DNA from: Oscillatoriales cyanobacterium
Lineage (GTDB): Bacteria > Cyanobacteriota > Cyanobacteriia > Cyanobacteriales > Laspinemataceae
Reading direction: 5' to 3'
Assembly: GCA_011390955.1 (NCBI GenBank)
Contig: JAABRM010000001.1
Location: 174,694-238,693, forward strand
Length of the DNA: 64,000 nucleotides
Shown here: positions 52,973-62,774 of the stretch, one piece after another
Layout: the number at the start of each line of letters is the position of its first letter
How positions within the stretch are numbered: the stretch's first letter is position 1
Notes under the pieces: generated by a model
What the model saw: the letters and a program-made list of their open reading frames with translations, nothing else
Told to the model about the DNA's origin: nothing
Database searches by the model: none
Made by a program: the position numbers and the translations under genes

Positions 52973-53581
52973 CTAGGCTTGACGCGAGTAGTATTCAACC
53001 ACTAGCAGTTCATTAATTTGCAAAGCCACCCACTCCCGTTCGACCAGTCCGTTAACTTTGCCGGTCAATTTTTCTTTTTCAAATTCTAAATGGCTCGGCA
53101 AGTGAGCCAAACCGGGAGATTGCAGATTAGCTTTGACCATTTCTCGTGACTTGTCCCGGTCTCTAACCGCGATCGCATCCCCTGGACGACAGCTATAGCT
53201 GGCAATATTCACCCCCCGACCATTCACCATAATATGGCCATGATTGACCAATTGGCGAGCCGCCGGAATTGTTGGCGCCATGCCTAGGCGAAAAACGGTG
53301 TTATCCAAACGCATTTCCAGCAGTTGCAGCAGCACCAAACCCGTAGAACCTGTGGCCCGACGCGCTCGACGCACATAGCGCAGCATTTGCTTTTCGGTTA
53401 AGCCATAGTTAAAGCGCAGCTTTTGCTTTTCTTCTAAGCGGATCGCATATTCAGAACGTTTGCGACGCGCTTGACCGTGTTGACCAGGGGGATAAGCACG
53501 CTTGGCACTTTTACGAGTTAAACCGGGCAGTTCTCCCAGACGACGAACGATTCTGAGACGAGCGCCTCTGTATCTTGACAT
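52973..53581 (-). CDS. rpsD: 30S ribosomal protein S4
   Basis: [16 protein letters not shown]...YGLTEKQ...[10 protein letters not shown], 202 aa. Confidence 0.95.
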   Translation of the reverse strand: MSRYRGARLRIVRRLGELPGLTRKSAKRAYPPGQHGQARRKRSEYAIRLEEKQKLRFNYGLTEKQMLRYVRRARRATGSTGLVLLQLLEMRLDNTVFRLGMAPTIPAARQLVNHGHIMVNGRGVNIASYSCRPGDAIAVRDRDKSREMVKANLQSPGLAHLPSHLEFEKEKLTGKVNGLVEREWVALQINELLVVEYYSRQA

Positions 53582-53730
53582 ATTTTATTGACTCCGTTGG
53601 TCTTAATTTTACCCAGACTCTCTATTATAAAACGGGAAAGCAAAATCAGCGATAAAAATTCACAAAATTCTGATGCGGATCGAATCAGGGGTCACAGGCA
53701 ACCGAGTCCAGGCTTGAAATTTGACTCTCG

Positions 53731-53917
53731 ATCTCTCCGTGTATCTCCGTATATCTCCGTATATCTCCGTGTATCTCCGTATATCTCCGTATGTTTCCGT
53801 ATGTTTCCGTATGTTTCCGTATGTTTCCGTATGTTTCCGTATGTTTCCGTATGTTTCCGTATGTTTCCGTATGTTTCCGTATGTTTCCGTATGTTTCCGT
53901 ATGTTTCCGTATGTTTC
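53731..53917. repeat. 10-bp microsatellite (TCTCCGTRTA x6 then TTTCCGTATG x12) in the rpsD / downstream-gene divergent promoter region
   Basis: 18 perfect 10-bp units. Spurious ORFs with (YLRVSP)n / (FRMFPYVSVC)n translations overlap it on both strands. Confidence 0.9.
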
Positions 53918-54058
53918 TCAGTGTTCGCCATTGTTCGCCACTGTCGATCGGTGTTCCCCAGTTTTTTCCGCCACAGCACCTTGCCTTTACCTGTCAACTG
54001 CCAACAATCACCGATTACAATTCATCTATAAGGTTTTCTCAATTTTTGTAGGCCACTT

Positions 54059-54622
54059 ATGAAACAAAAACCAACCAAAACCCCTAGGCATTCCCCCGCT
54101 AGAGGAAAAACGATCGCCATTAAGCATTTGGTGATTGCTGCTTTGCCCTTGGTATTCTCTGTGATGCCTTTGGCGAATCCAGCAAATGCGGCTAAAAATG
54201 AATACGATCGATGTGCCGGGGCTTTAATGAAGCTGAATCTGAGTCCCCAAGAGGTTGCCACAACCTGTAGCGAAAGTCTGTACCCGGAAAATTTGGCCAG
54301 TTGTGTGGTGGATATCGCCGGGGGTACGGATATTCTGGCGGTGGATGCTTTGGCCACTTGTAGGCGGGTGCGTCGTCCTTTACAGTTGGCAACTTGTGTG
54401 GTGGATATTAGTAAAGTGGGTACGGCTGCGGATGCTCCGGCTATTTTAGACCACTGTCGTCGCAGCTTGTTGCCGGAGAATTTTTCTAAATGTGTTTCGG
54501 GTCTGGTGAATCAGACGGATTTGGGTACTACGGCGGCTTTGAGATATTGCATTGATGGCAGCGATCGCGATCGCAATTTGAATTTAAGCTGGCTGCCGCT
54601 ACTACCCACTAATTTAAATTAG
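54059..54622 (+). CDS. Secreted hypothetical protein with three ~35-aa Cys-containing repeats
   Basis: Signal peptide (IAALPLVFSVMPLANPANA). The unit C..(16-18)..C..(8)..CVVDI[AS] recurs three times. Confidence 0.5.
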   Translation: MKQKPTKTPRHSPARGKTIAIKHLVIAALPLVFSVMPLANPANAAKNEYDRCAGALMKLNLSPQEVATTCSESLYPENLASCVVDIAGGTDILAVDALATCRRVRRPLQLATCVVDISKVGTAADAPAILDHCRRSLLPENFSKCVSGLVNQTDLGTTAALRYCIDGSDRDRNLNLSWLPLLPTNLN

Positions 54623-54681
54623 TCAGCTTTCAGGGGTCAGCGATCGGGAATCAGCGATCGCCTTTCAGTTTTTAGGATTCA

Positions 54682-54718
54682 GCAGTCAGGATTCAGGTTT
54701 TTACTGATTCCTGACTGC
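54682..54718. terminator. Possible hairpin terminator after 54059..54622
   Basis: GCAGTCAGGATTCAGG-TTTTTAC-TGATTCCTGACTGC, a 15-bp stem. No clear U-run follows, so this is uncertain. Confidence 0.3.
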
Positions 54719-55202
54719 TGAGGCGCGAATCCCCGATCCACGAACACAGGGTTGAATTGGTAAAAAATTCGGTAATTTTGCCCGATCCATCATCTACAAA
54801 TTCCGACTAACATATTTGACAATTTTAATTTCTTAGGACTTACGCAAATCTAGGATTTAATCACTATATATATTGCATGGTGGGCAATGCCCACCCTACA
54901 TATAGATTAGCTGCTATCGTCCTGTTTCTAATGTCAATTTTTCCTCACAAATTCCCCGATTAAGTCATGGGGCGATAAAAAAACCTAGCTGATTGTTTGT
55001 CTTAGCTAGGTTAGGCAGAAAATTTAACATTTTTTATTTAACTTTCACTTGATGTAACTTAAATTGAGCAATATTTTCTCATGGGCTGTCTTGTCTGGGT
55101 TAAGCAATCCCGACAGGTTGAGTAAATTTTTGATGACAAAAGACAAGCATTCACAAAAATTAATTTCTTTGAATGGAAGGGCGAGTGGGGGGTGAAGCAA
55201 AA

Positions 55203-55568
55203 CTATCGCGTCAGCGAATCGCCATTGCTGGCACTCCCCACCAGTTGATCTTTAATCGCTTTACCGTAAGCTTGACGCAGTTCACTCTTGGTCAACTGCG
55301 GATGATGCTGTCGATCCAATTGTTCGCGATCGCTGATATTGTTCAGCCGGTTTCCGTGTGGCTTTGGTGTTTGCTGATGTTCTTTGATTAAACGGTTGTA
55401 AGTGCGATAAGGAATGTAATGCAGCGGGTTGTACCCACCAAAGCGCAAGATCAGGAGGCAAGCCCAAGAATACTTTCCGGCTAAAATTGCTTCTACTACT
55501 TGTTCAAACTGCTCTAAAGTCATTATCTTGTCAAGTTTGCTTTCTGGATAAGAAATCTCGTAAGACAT
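55203..55568 (-). CDS. HetP-family protein (heterocyst-commitment HetP-like)
   Basis: [46 protein letters not shown] matches the conserved HetP core as I recall it. Confidence 0.55.
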   Translation of the reverse strand: MSYEISYPESKLDKIMTLEQFEQVVEAILAGKYSWACLLILRFGGYNPLHYIPYRTYNRLIKEHQQTPKPHGNRLNNISDREQLDRQHHPQLTKSELRQAYGKAIKDQLVGSASNGDSLTR

Positions 55569-56471
55569 TTTTATTTCTCCTGATTTACAAGGGTATGATT
55601 ACGCTTGAATCTTGAAAATTGGATGTTTTAAGTGACAATCTCTTCAAGAGATTGTGTAGTTAATCTGTTAAAAATCTGCTGATGACAAGTGAAAAGGTTG
55701 AGTAATCTGTTTTGGCAGAAAATTTGATTTAGCAATGATTTGTCTGGATCGGACCACTGGGTCGCTGGGTTCGATCTGGGAAATTTCTCCAGACAATCTC
55801 CTAAAATAAGGCTTTCTGTTGATTTGACCCTGGTTGCTTTTGATAATTGTTTGGTCTGTTGGATGCGTTGGATGCATTGATGCGAGTTTAATATCGATCG
55901 CGATCGCCCCATTGCCCCCCCAAGTCCGAGAGTTCAACGGTGAAAACCGCTACGGTTCATGGGCAGATATATCAAAGCCCAAGTCCCAGTGGATACATTG
56001 ATGACATATTGTTTTCCCATCAACCGATCTGATGGTTTGCCAGTTATTTTAGCCTGCGTATGTACGACCGGATTGATTAACTGGCGGTTCGCAGATAGGT
56101 TTTGTCTATTCTTAGGATAAGCAGGACTTGGATCAAATTTTGCTAATCACGGTTAACTTTACCAAATCTTTAAACTATTTTGATAATTTTTGTGGTTTTT
56201 ACGGATTTTTTTAAAGATTTGGTAAAGTTAAGTAACGTAATATATCCGTATTTATACGGAACGTAGGTGTATTATGGATACCAGGGATGCGGATACGGCC
56301 ATCGGGCGATCGCGCGGTGGGGCGATCGCGTGGTGGGGTGACGGGCAGAAGCCGATCGCGGGGAATTAATCCCAGAGGTTTGTATATTGTAATTGGGATT
56401 TAAGATAATTTAGCCAAAAAATAGCCGCGATCGCGGCTATTTTATCTGGTTCTAATATTAACCTCTAAAAA

Positions 56472-58904
56472 TTAAGAAAAGTTAGATAATTTAAACTCGG
56501 TTAATATGCCATAAATTCCCCAAATTGCCATTGCCCGAAGATAATGACTAGCCCGGAAAGTTTGATTCGCAGTCACGGCTTCAGGGGTGCGGAATTGCAG
56601 GCCATTTTCATATACTTGATTGACCACCGCTTTGGTAATCTCAAAAGCCTCATTTTTCATGCCCATTTGTAACATGAATGCAGCTAACCCAAAGTTAATT
56701 CCCGTCCAAACTTCTAGGGGATGAGTGGCTTTGGGGTTTTCGGGAGAACCATCTAGCATGACCCCATTGGCCATGCCAAATTCACCGTTTTGGAATTTTC
56801 GGAAGCAAGCATCATAGACGGTTTTTAAGGCAGATTCGGCGCGATCGCTCGGCACAATATCTGGTAATCCCAATAAACGGGCATAAAATTGACCGCATAA
56901 TTGGTCAGCCATCACTACCTCAGAACCGCTTTCACTATCCAGGCGATAATATTGCCCATTCCAGAGTTTTTCTTGATAGATTGGTTGGGCTTTTTCTAAC
57001 CAATTACCATAAGTTTCTATGGTGGATTTGACTGCTTCTGGATCGGGAATTGGCCAATCATAAATGCCGTCAATCGGTGGGTGATCGATGAGGGTTTTAC
57101 CGATCGCGATCGCTGCTTCCAAAGCCGCCAGCCATAAGCCCCCACAATAAGCGCTGACCCCTTGCATCCGCCAATCATCAAAAGTCTGGTCAGGGGCCCC
57201 GCTATTTTCGGGAATCCCATCATCATCGCGATCGAAAGTTTTCAGATAAGCCAAAGTTTGCACAATGGAAGGCCAACATTCGCATAAAAACTCATAATCA
57301 TCGGCCCCAGTCAGCAGAAAATCCCGATAGACCTGCAACACAAAATCACAGGGCAAATCTTTCCATAAATTACAGTCTTGATAACTGGTGTAATTGCTTT
57401 TTTGCCAAGGATGCTCATTCGGTGCCCCCAAATCGTGAGGAGTCGCCCCAGTAATTCCTCGCACCGCTTGGGCTTGGTTATAGCCAATAATCCGCACCGT
57501 ATTATCACTGGTGGGGATGGCATGGGCAAAAGCCCGCAACACCGATTTATCCAATTCCGGCCATAGCATCAGTAGGGCAAAAGACCCATAGAGTCGGACA
57601 TCCAGGCTTTCATACCAGCGATAATCAAGACATTCCAGCACCGCAAACCGTCCCTGGGGGTTTTCTTCATCCGCAGGCGACCACAAGGTGCCCCCTTGGG
57701 TGAGAATGTAGAGCTCGTTAAATAAGGCCATTTTCAACCAACTGGGCAAATCTTGTCGATCTAATACCGACTGCTGCCAGGTTTCAATTTGACTGCGCCA
57801 TAAGTCATAGTCTTTTAGGGTCGCCCGAATCATTGACCAGACTCCTTGACCGTTGCGACCAAAAAAGTCGGTATAACGGCGGTATTGGCAAACCCCAGCG
57901 GCAAATTCCGTGACTGGCAAGTCCCAAGCCAGAATAAAGGGAATTTTCCGGGTTTTGCCCGGTCTGAGGGTAAACTTGACCGCCAAAGCTACGGCTGTCC
58001 GTTCTCCCGGTGCAGCGGGTCTTTCGTCTTCTTGGTCTAACAAAAAGCCGTCTTTGGCAAAGTAGTTCCAAATATCGGCACCGTTGCTGGTAGGATTCCA
58101 TCGAGTGTGGTGGTAAACTTCGACCGCTGCATTGGTCATGGTGGCGATCGCTAAACTCCCTTCTCCTTCTTGGGGTTCTGGACTGCTGATGGTTCCGGTC
58201 ATGGAACAGCCAATGCGGTGGAAATCTTCCATTAAAGTATTGATATTGCCGCTACTTTCTCCCCAGCGGGGTTGATATTCATAAACCGGCGATCCATCAT
58301 CCCGCACTTTCACTTCGGGATTTTTCAACACATTGGTAAACCAACCCACAATATTTTCCCAGGTGAGCATAATACTCACGGTGATGGGTTGGTCCGTGGG
58401 GTTATGGGCTGTCCATTCAAAAATCGCCACGGGATAACTGCTTTGTTGGTAATTTCCCGGCAAAATGGGCGAAAACTGCTCGCAAGTTAGTTCCGCTTGA
58501 AACACATTTTCATAGACAAACCAACTGCGGGGATATAAAGCGTGATAAGTCCCGGTGGTTTTCTCTGGGGTTGATGGGGGATACCATTTCCAGGCGGAAA
58601 GGCTGCCATCTTCTGGGGGTTCCGTAGACATGGCATAAGCTTGCCGCCGTCCGTTGGCTTCTTCAAAGACGCTAAATTGACAAGCGGGTAAGGTTTGATA
58701 TGTATGTTCGCCCCCGTCTAGGTGCCAGAGATTAAAGTCACCGCGAGGCGATCGGCCAATGCAACCAGCCCCAAATCCTCCCAGGGGCATACCATGCCAA
58801 GGGCCATCGTCTAAATTGCTGGCATAACGGACAGTGTAGGGGTTGTCCCAACCAAGACCAATGGGACGATTCCAAGTATAAGCAGGGATATCTGGGCGCG
58901 TCAT
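56472..58904 (-). CDS. Glycoside hydrolase family 116 (GBA2-type beta-glucosidase / glucosylceramidase-like)
   Basis: N-terminal GBA2_N-like block (HGMPLGGFGAGCIGRSPRGDFNLWHLDGGEHTY) and a C-terminal (alpha/alpha)6 DUF608 region. 810 aa. Confidence 0.85.
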   Translation of the reverse strand: MTRPDIPAYTWNRPIGLGWDNPYTVRYASNLDDGPWHGMPLGGFGAGCIGRSPRGDFNLWHLDGGEHTYQTLPACQFSVFEEANGRRQAYAMSTEPPEDGSLSAWKWYPPSTPEKTTGTYHALYPRSWFVYENVFQAELTCEQFSPILPGNYQQSSYPVAIFEWTAHNPTDQPITVSIMLTWENIVGWFTNVLKNPEVKVRDDGSPVYEYQPRWGESSGNINTLMEDFHRIGCSMTGTISSPEPQEGEGSLAIATMTNAAVEVYHHTRWNPTSNGADIWNYFAKDGFLLDQEDERPAAPGERTAVALAVKFTLRPGKTRKIPFILAWDLPVTEFAAGVCQYRRYTDFFGRNGQGVWSMIRATLKDYDLWRSQIETWQQSVLDRQDLPSWLKMALFNELYILTQGGTLWSPADEENPQGRFAVLECLDYRWYESLDVRLYGSFALLMLWPELDKSVLRAFAHAIPTSDNTVRIIGYNQAQAVRGITGATPHDLGAPNEHPWQKSNYTSYQDCNLWKDLPCDFVLQVYRDFLLTGADDYEFLCECWPSIVQTLAYLKTFDRDDDGIPENSGAPDQTFDDWRMQGVSAYCGGLWLAALEAAIAIGKTLIDHPPIDGIYDWPIPDPEAVKSTIETYGNWLEKAQPIYQEKLWNGQYYRLDSESGSEVVMADQLCGQFYARLLGLPDIVPSDRAESALKTVYDACFRKFQNGEFGMANGVMLDGSPENPKATHPLEVWTGINFGLAAFMLQMGMKNEAFEITKAVVNQVYENGLQFRTPEAVTANQTFRASHYLRAMAIWGIYGILTEFKLSNFS

Positions 58905-58974
58905 AGATATTTTGGCTTTTTGATGTTATTCGATGATGGATAAAACCAAGATATCAATTAGTTGTCTTCTTAGT

Positions 58975-59102
58975 TCTTTGTTATTCGTTATTGGTTATTT
59001 GTTGTTTGTTGTTGGTTATTGGTTATTTGTTGTTTGTTGTTGGTTGTTGGTTGTTTGTTCAGCAGCCACCATCCAATAACGAATAACCAATAACCAATAA
59101 CT
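58975..59102. repeat. (TTGTTG)n...(CAATAAC)n palindromic block in the GH116 / transporter divergent spacer
   Basis: ctttgttattcgttattggttatttgttgtttgttgttggtt...ccaataacgaataaccaataaccaataac. Confidence 0.8.
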
Positions 59103-59150
59103 AAGATCATCCGGGGATTGACAAAAGCCTAAATTGTAAGTGTAAATGCG

Positions 59151-59200
59151 ATCGCTAATAATCGCTAATAATCGCTAATAATCGCTAATAATCACTACTA
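59151..59200. repeat. 10-bp tandem repeat ATCGCTAATA x4 (+1 degenerate) 24 nt upstream of the transporter start
   Basis: atcgctaataatcgctaataatcgctaataatcgctaataatcactacta. Confidence 0.85.
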
Positions 59201-59223
59201 CAATTATAGAGTAAAAATCATTC

Positions 59224-60375
59224 ATGTTTGGTAAATTTGGTAAAAAAGTTCAATTTAATCGCCATGAAATCGCGGGCAGTTTCGGGGATATCGGCACTGA
59301 CTTACCCTTAATTGTTGGCATGATTCAAGCCGTAAATTTAAACAGTGCCAGTGTCTTTATTATCTTTGGAATTTCCCAGATGTTCGCTGGTTTTTTCTAT
59401 GGCTTACCCATGCCCATGCAGCCATTGAAAGCGATGGCAGTATTAGTTATTACCCAAAAAGTACCTGGGGAAATTTTGTTTGGTGCCGGTTTAGCCATTG
59501 GCATTTTTATGCTGATACTTACCCTCAGTGGGGGACTGAATTTACTGGCTCGGTTGATTCCGTTATGTGTGGTGCGGGGGCTTCAATTTGGCTTAGGACT
59601 TTCCTTAGCTTCCCTAGCTCTCAAAACTTATATTCCCTCAGCAGGAATTCCCGGCTATATAATCGCCGCTTTAGGATTTTTAATTCTGATTACTACTCCA
59701 AAATCTAGTCGAATTCCCGCCGGAATTGCGGTGATTTTATTGGGATTATTATATGCCGGATTGTTTACTTTAAACTTTCAGGAGATTGGGTCAAATATTG
59801 GGTTGGCAATTCCCGAATTTTATCAGCCGAAATGGTCGGATATTTTGACTGGTTTTGTGATTTTAGCGTTACCACAAATTCCTTTGTCAATTTCAAATTC
59901 TTTGATTGCCACGGAGCAGACGGTAAAAGATTTGTTTCCAGAGCAAAGGGTTTCCATTAGACGAATTGGTCTGACTTATGCGATCGCCAATGTAATTGCA
60001 CCTTTTTTTGGGGGAATTCCGGTGTGTCATGGGTGTGGCGGTTTAGCGGGTCATTATGCCCTCGGTGCCCGCACCGGGGGTTCCGTTATTTTATATGGTT
60101 CAATGTATTTGATTATTGGCTTATTTTTTAGCCCAGTTTTTGGCGAAGTTGTCCAAGTTTTTCCCCAGCCAATTTTGGGAGTAATTCTTTTATTTGAATC
60201 TTTAACTTTGCTGTTATTGATTGCTGACCAAGCTGCGGAACGAAGAACTTTTATCATTGCCTTAATTGTGGGGCTTTTGGCTTTGTTAGTTCCTCAAGGT
60301 TATCTCCTGGGACTGGTTATTGGTACAGGACTTTATTATTTATCCAACCGATTAACTTTTTTCACTCAAATGTAG
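59224..60375 (+). CDS. MFS_MOT1-like (molybdate transporter 1 / sulfate-transporter-like) membrane protein
   Basis: N-terminal EIAGSFGDIGTDLPLIVGM...GLPMPMQPLKAMAVLVI closely follows the MOT1-family signature (G-D-x-G-T ... P-M-P-V-Q-P-M-K). Ten or more TM helices. Confidence 0.6.
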   Translation: MFGKFGKKVQFNRHEIAGSFGDIGTDLPLIVGMIQAVNLNSASVFIIFGISQMFAGFFYGLPMPMQPLKAMAVLVITQKVPGEILFGAGLAIGIFMLILTLSGGLNLLARLIPLCVVRGLQFGLGLSLASLALKTYIPSAGIPGYIIAALGFLILITTPKSSRIPAGIAVILLGLLYAGLFTLNFQEIGSNIGLAIPEFYQPKWSDILTGFVILALPQIPLSISNSLIATEQTVKDLFPEQRVSIRRIGLTYAIANVIAPFFGGIPVCHGCGGLAGHYALGARTGGSVILYGSMYLIIGLFFSPVFGEVVQVFPQPILGVILLFESLTLLLLIADQAAERRTFIIALIVGLLALLVPQGYLLGLVIGTGLYYLSNRLTFFTQM

Positions 60376-60496
60376 GTAGAGACACGGCTTACCTATCGAA
60401 CCTTGTAGGGACACGGCATTGCCGTGTCCCTACCACACTTCATAAGTATGGAATCTGCTGTATCCAACCGATTAACTTTTTTTACTCAAATGTAGG
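60341..60496. repeat. 36-bp direct duplication (1 mismatch) of the transporter 3' end, flanking an 84-bp insert that contains the hairpin GTAGGGACACGGCATTGCCGTGTCCCTAC
   Basis: tatccaaccgattaactttttt(c/t)actcaaatgtagg at 60341..60376 and again at 60461..60496. The hairpin is at 60404..60432. Confidence 0.8.
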
Positions 60497-60710
60497 CGTT
60501 AAGGCATCTGTAATTTCCGCCCCAGGGCTTTACCCCCGCTCAGGTTTCGCGCCTTCGCGGGAACCGGATTTGGGATTATTTTAAATCTCGGTATTGTGGC
60601 AAAAGCAACGGAGAACCCGGTTTCTTGGTTTGTGGGAAAGGGGCGATCGCTTTTTGGCTTCAGAAACCGGGTTTCTTATTTTAAATCTCGGTATTGTAAC
60701 CAAAGTTATC

Positions 60711-62099
60711 TCAGAAACCCGGTTTCTTGGTTTCTTTCACATATTCCCTAAATACTGGAGACAATTTAAACAAAATTTTATCCGACTTAAATTTTGTGAC
60801 TATATATCTGTATTGTAAAGATTGTAAACCCTTAACAAAATCCACTGAAGACAAAGCTAAATTTTCTTTTAATTCTTCTCTCGACATAGGTCGATCTAAT
60901 TTACTGAATTCTAAAATTATTTGCTGTTCAATTGGTGATACTCTGTTAAATAAATCGTTAAAACAAGATTGCATATTTTGAGTAATAACCAAGCTAGTTT
61001 CTGCCAAAGAATCTGCTCCATCACCATCATAAACATCTTGAATTAAACTGGCAATATCTTTTAAGTAAGTGGGATTACCTTGATAAAGCTGAATTAACTT
61101 TAACCAACTATCTTGATTATTTAAACCTGTATTGTCTAAAATATTAATGTTATCTAAACCTAATAATTCTAAAGCTTTAACGGGATATAGGCGATCGTCT
61201 AAACATTGCATATCAGCACATTTCTCTTGACTGATTAATATAATATTACTTTGATGCTCTGTTTCAGCGATCGCTGTGAAAAACTTTTGATAATCTTTAG
61301 ATTCAGCTTGATATTGTCCAGCAAATTGTCCCGGAGTAAAGATATGCTGCACATCATCAATAATGATTAAACATCGCTTTTCTTTTAATAAATTTAATAA
61401 CTGGCGAACCGGCGAATTTAAAAATTTTTCTGGAGTTTCAACTGTGGTTAATATTTCGGTGATAATTTGATTTAAGGAGGGAGTTAATTGAAGATTTTTC
61501 CAAATAATTACTTCAAAGCTATCTAAGTTTAAATCAATAAATCTTCTAACTAAAGCAGTTTTGCCAATTCCTGATAATCCTAGAACCGAGATTAAAGGAG
61601 TATTTTGATTAAATATCCAGTTAGAAAGGGTTTGTAATTCAGTTTCTCTGTTAGAAAAATTGATGACTTTAGGCGCAAAGGTTAAATCGCGATAAGCTGA
61701 TTTAACATTATTTTGTGTATTATTACTATCTTGAGGCGAATTTTGTGTATTGTTAACATATAAATTACCGTGAATATGATTAATGTTTTGCAACAAATAA
61801 TGATTGCCTAAATTAATTAATTTTTTTATTGATGTAGCAAAATTAGATTTTTTTACATCAACTTCTTGACCTAACTCTTTTAATTCTTGAGAGACAATAC
61901 CATATAATTCTCGACTAATTTTACCTATATATTCCTCATCATAATTTATACCTTCGGCAATATCAGAGTAGGTTTGATGCTGCAAAATCCCTAAAATAGC
62001 CCTTCTTTGTAAGTCATCAAGAGAGTTTCCTGTGTGCTTAGATACTAACTGATCCATCAATTGTAAAATTTCTGTAACAGACATAAAAGTTAGATTCAC
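60711..62099 (-). CDS. STAND/NB-ARC-like P-loop NTPase with an N-terminal helix-turn-helix domain
   Basis: Walker A VLGLSGIGKTALVRRF. Walker B CLIIIDDVQHI. N-terminal LDDLQRRAILGILQHQTYSDIAEGINYDEEYIGKISRELYGIV resembles a sigma-70 region-4/LuxR-type HTH. AT-rich relative to the rest of the window. Confidence 0.6.
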   Translation of the reverse strand: MNLTFMSVTEILQLMDQLVSKHTGNSLDDLQRRAILGILQHQTYSDIAEGINYDEEYIGKISRELYGIVSQELKELGQEVDVKKSNFATSIKKLINLGNHYLLQNINHIHGNLYVNNTQNSPQDSNNTQNNVKSAYRDLTFAPKVINFSNRETELQTLSNWIFNQNTPLISVLGLSGIGKTALVRRFIDLNLDSFEVIIWKNLQLTPSLNQIITEILTTVETPEKFLNSPVRQLLNLLKEKRCLIIIDDVQHIFTPGQFAGQYQAESKDYQKFFTAIAETEHQSNIILISQEKCADMQCLDDRLYPVKALELLGLDNINILDNTGLNNQDSWLKLIQLYQGNPTYLKDIASLIQDVYDGDGADSLAETSLVITQNMQSCFNDLFNRVSPIEQQIILEFSKLDRPMSREELKENLALSSVDFVKGLQSLQYRYIVTKFKSDKILFKLSPVFREYVKETKKPGF

Positions 62100-62298
62100 T
62101 AATGGTTTCAGCGATTATAGCATAGTTTTAAATTCAGAAAAAATCAGGAAATAACGGTTTTTAACGGTTTTGCTGTAATTTTTGTTTACAAAATAAGTCA
62201 GGAAATATAGGGAAATAACGGGTTTTTAAAGTAGCCGTGCTGTGAAATATTTGGCACAATCGAAGTTAAATAATAAATTTATAGACAGAGGTAAAAAA

Positions 62299-62511
62299 AT
62301 GGCAGAACCCATAACCGCAGCTACTTCAGTTGCCATCTTGGCAGGTTTAAAAGCAGCTTGTGCTGCAAAAGGTGTATCTGTTGGACTTGCTCCAATGGGT
62401 ACTGTCGTCACTGCATATTTCACTGGAGGTAGTACTGCTGCAATTAATGCCGCATACGCAACCGGAATTTATGGTTTTGGCGCATTAGTATCAGCATTTT
62501 TCGGCAAGTAG
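62299..62511 (+). CDS. Small Gly/Ala-rich hydrophobic peptide (70 aa), possibly bacteriocin-like or a small membrane protein
   Basis: GAGGT Shine-Dalgarno 7 nt upstream of the ATG at 62299. Sequence MAEPITAATSVAILAGLKAACAAKGVSVGLAPMGTVVTAYFTGGSTAAINAAYATGIYGFGALVSAFFGK contains several GxxxG/AxxxA motifs. Confidence 0.45.
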   Translation: MAEPITAATSVAILAGLKAACAAKGVSVGLAPMGTVVTAYFTGGSTAAINAAYATGIYGFGALVSAFFGK

Positions 62512-62595
62512 TTACATAAAGTGGGCAATGCTTTTTAATCTTTGATTCTCATTAACAAATTATCTACATTGCCCACCAGATAATTAATTTTTGTA

Positions 62596-62763
62596 GGGGC
62601 ATGACATTAATAACTTATGATACATACAGTTAACATAAAAAATGTCATGCCCCGATTTTATGATTAAAAAAATTAATTTAATTATTAATTATTGATTGGG
62701 TTGGGCATGGCATTTTTTAGGTTATTTATTAGTATCATAAATTAACGATGCCATGCCCCTACA
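62596..62763. repeat. 168-bp element bounded by GTAGGGGCATGACATT ... GATGCCATGCCCCTAC (same terminal family as the other GTAGGGGC hairpins)
   Basis: Two nested hairpins: GGGGCATGACATT...AATGTCATGCCCC and GGGCATGGCATT...GATGCCATGCCC. AT-rich interior. Lies between convergent genes. Confidence 0.65.
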
Positions 62764-62774
62764 TTTGTAATGTA

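Noticed and set aside
53588-54062. ORFs 53588..54031, 53692..53997, 53721..54062, 53791..54051 with periodic translations
   Set aside because: They are generated by the 10-bp microsatellite. The periodic (FRMFPYVSVC)n / (HTETYGNIRK)n peptides arise in all frames and have no start context.
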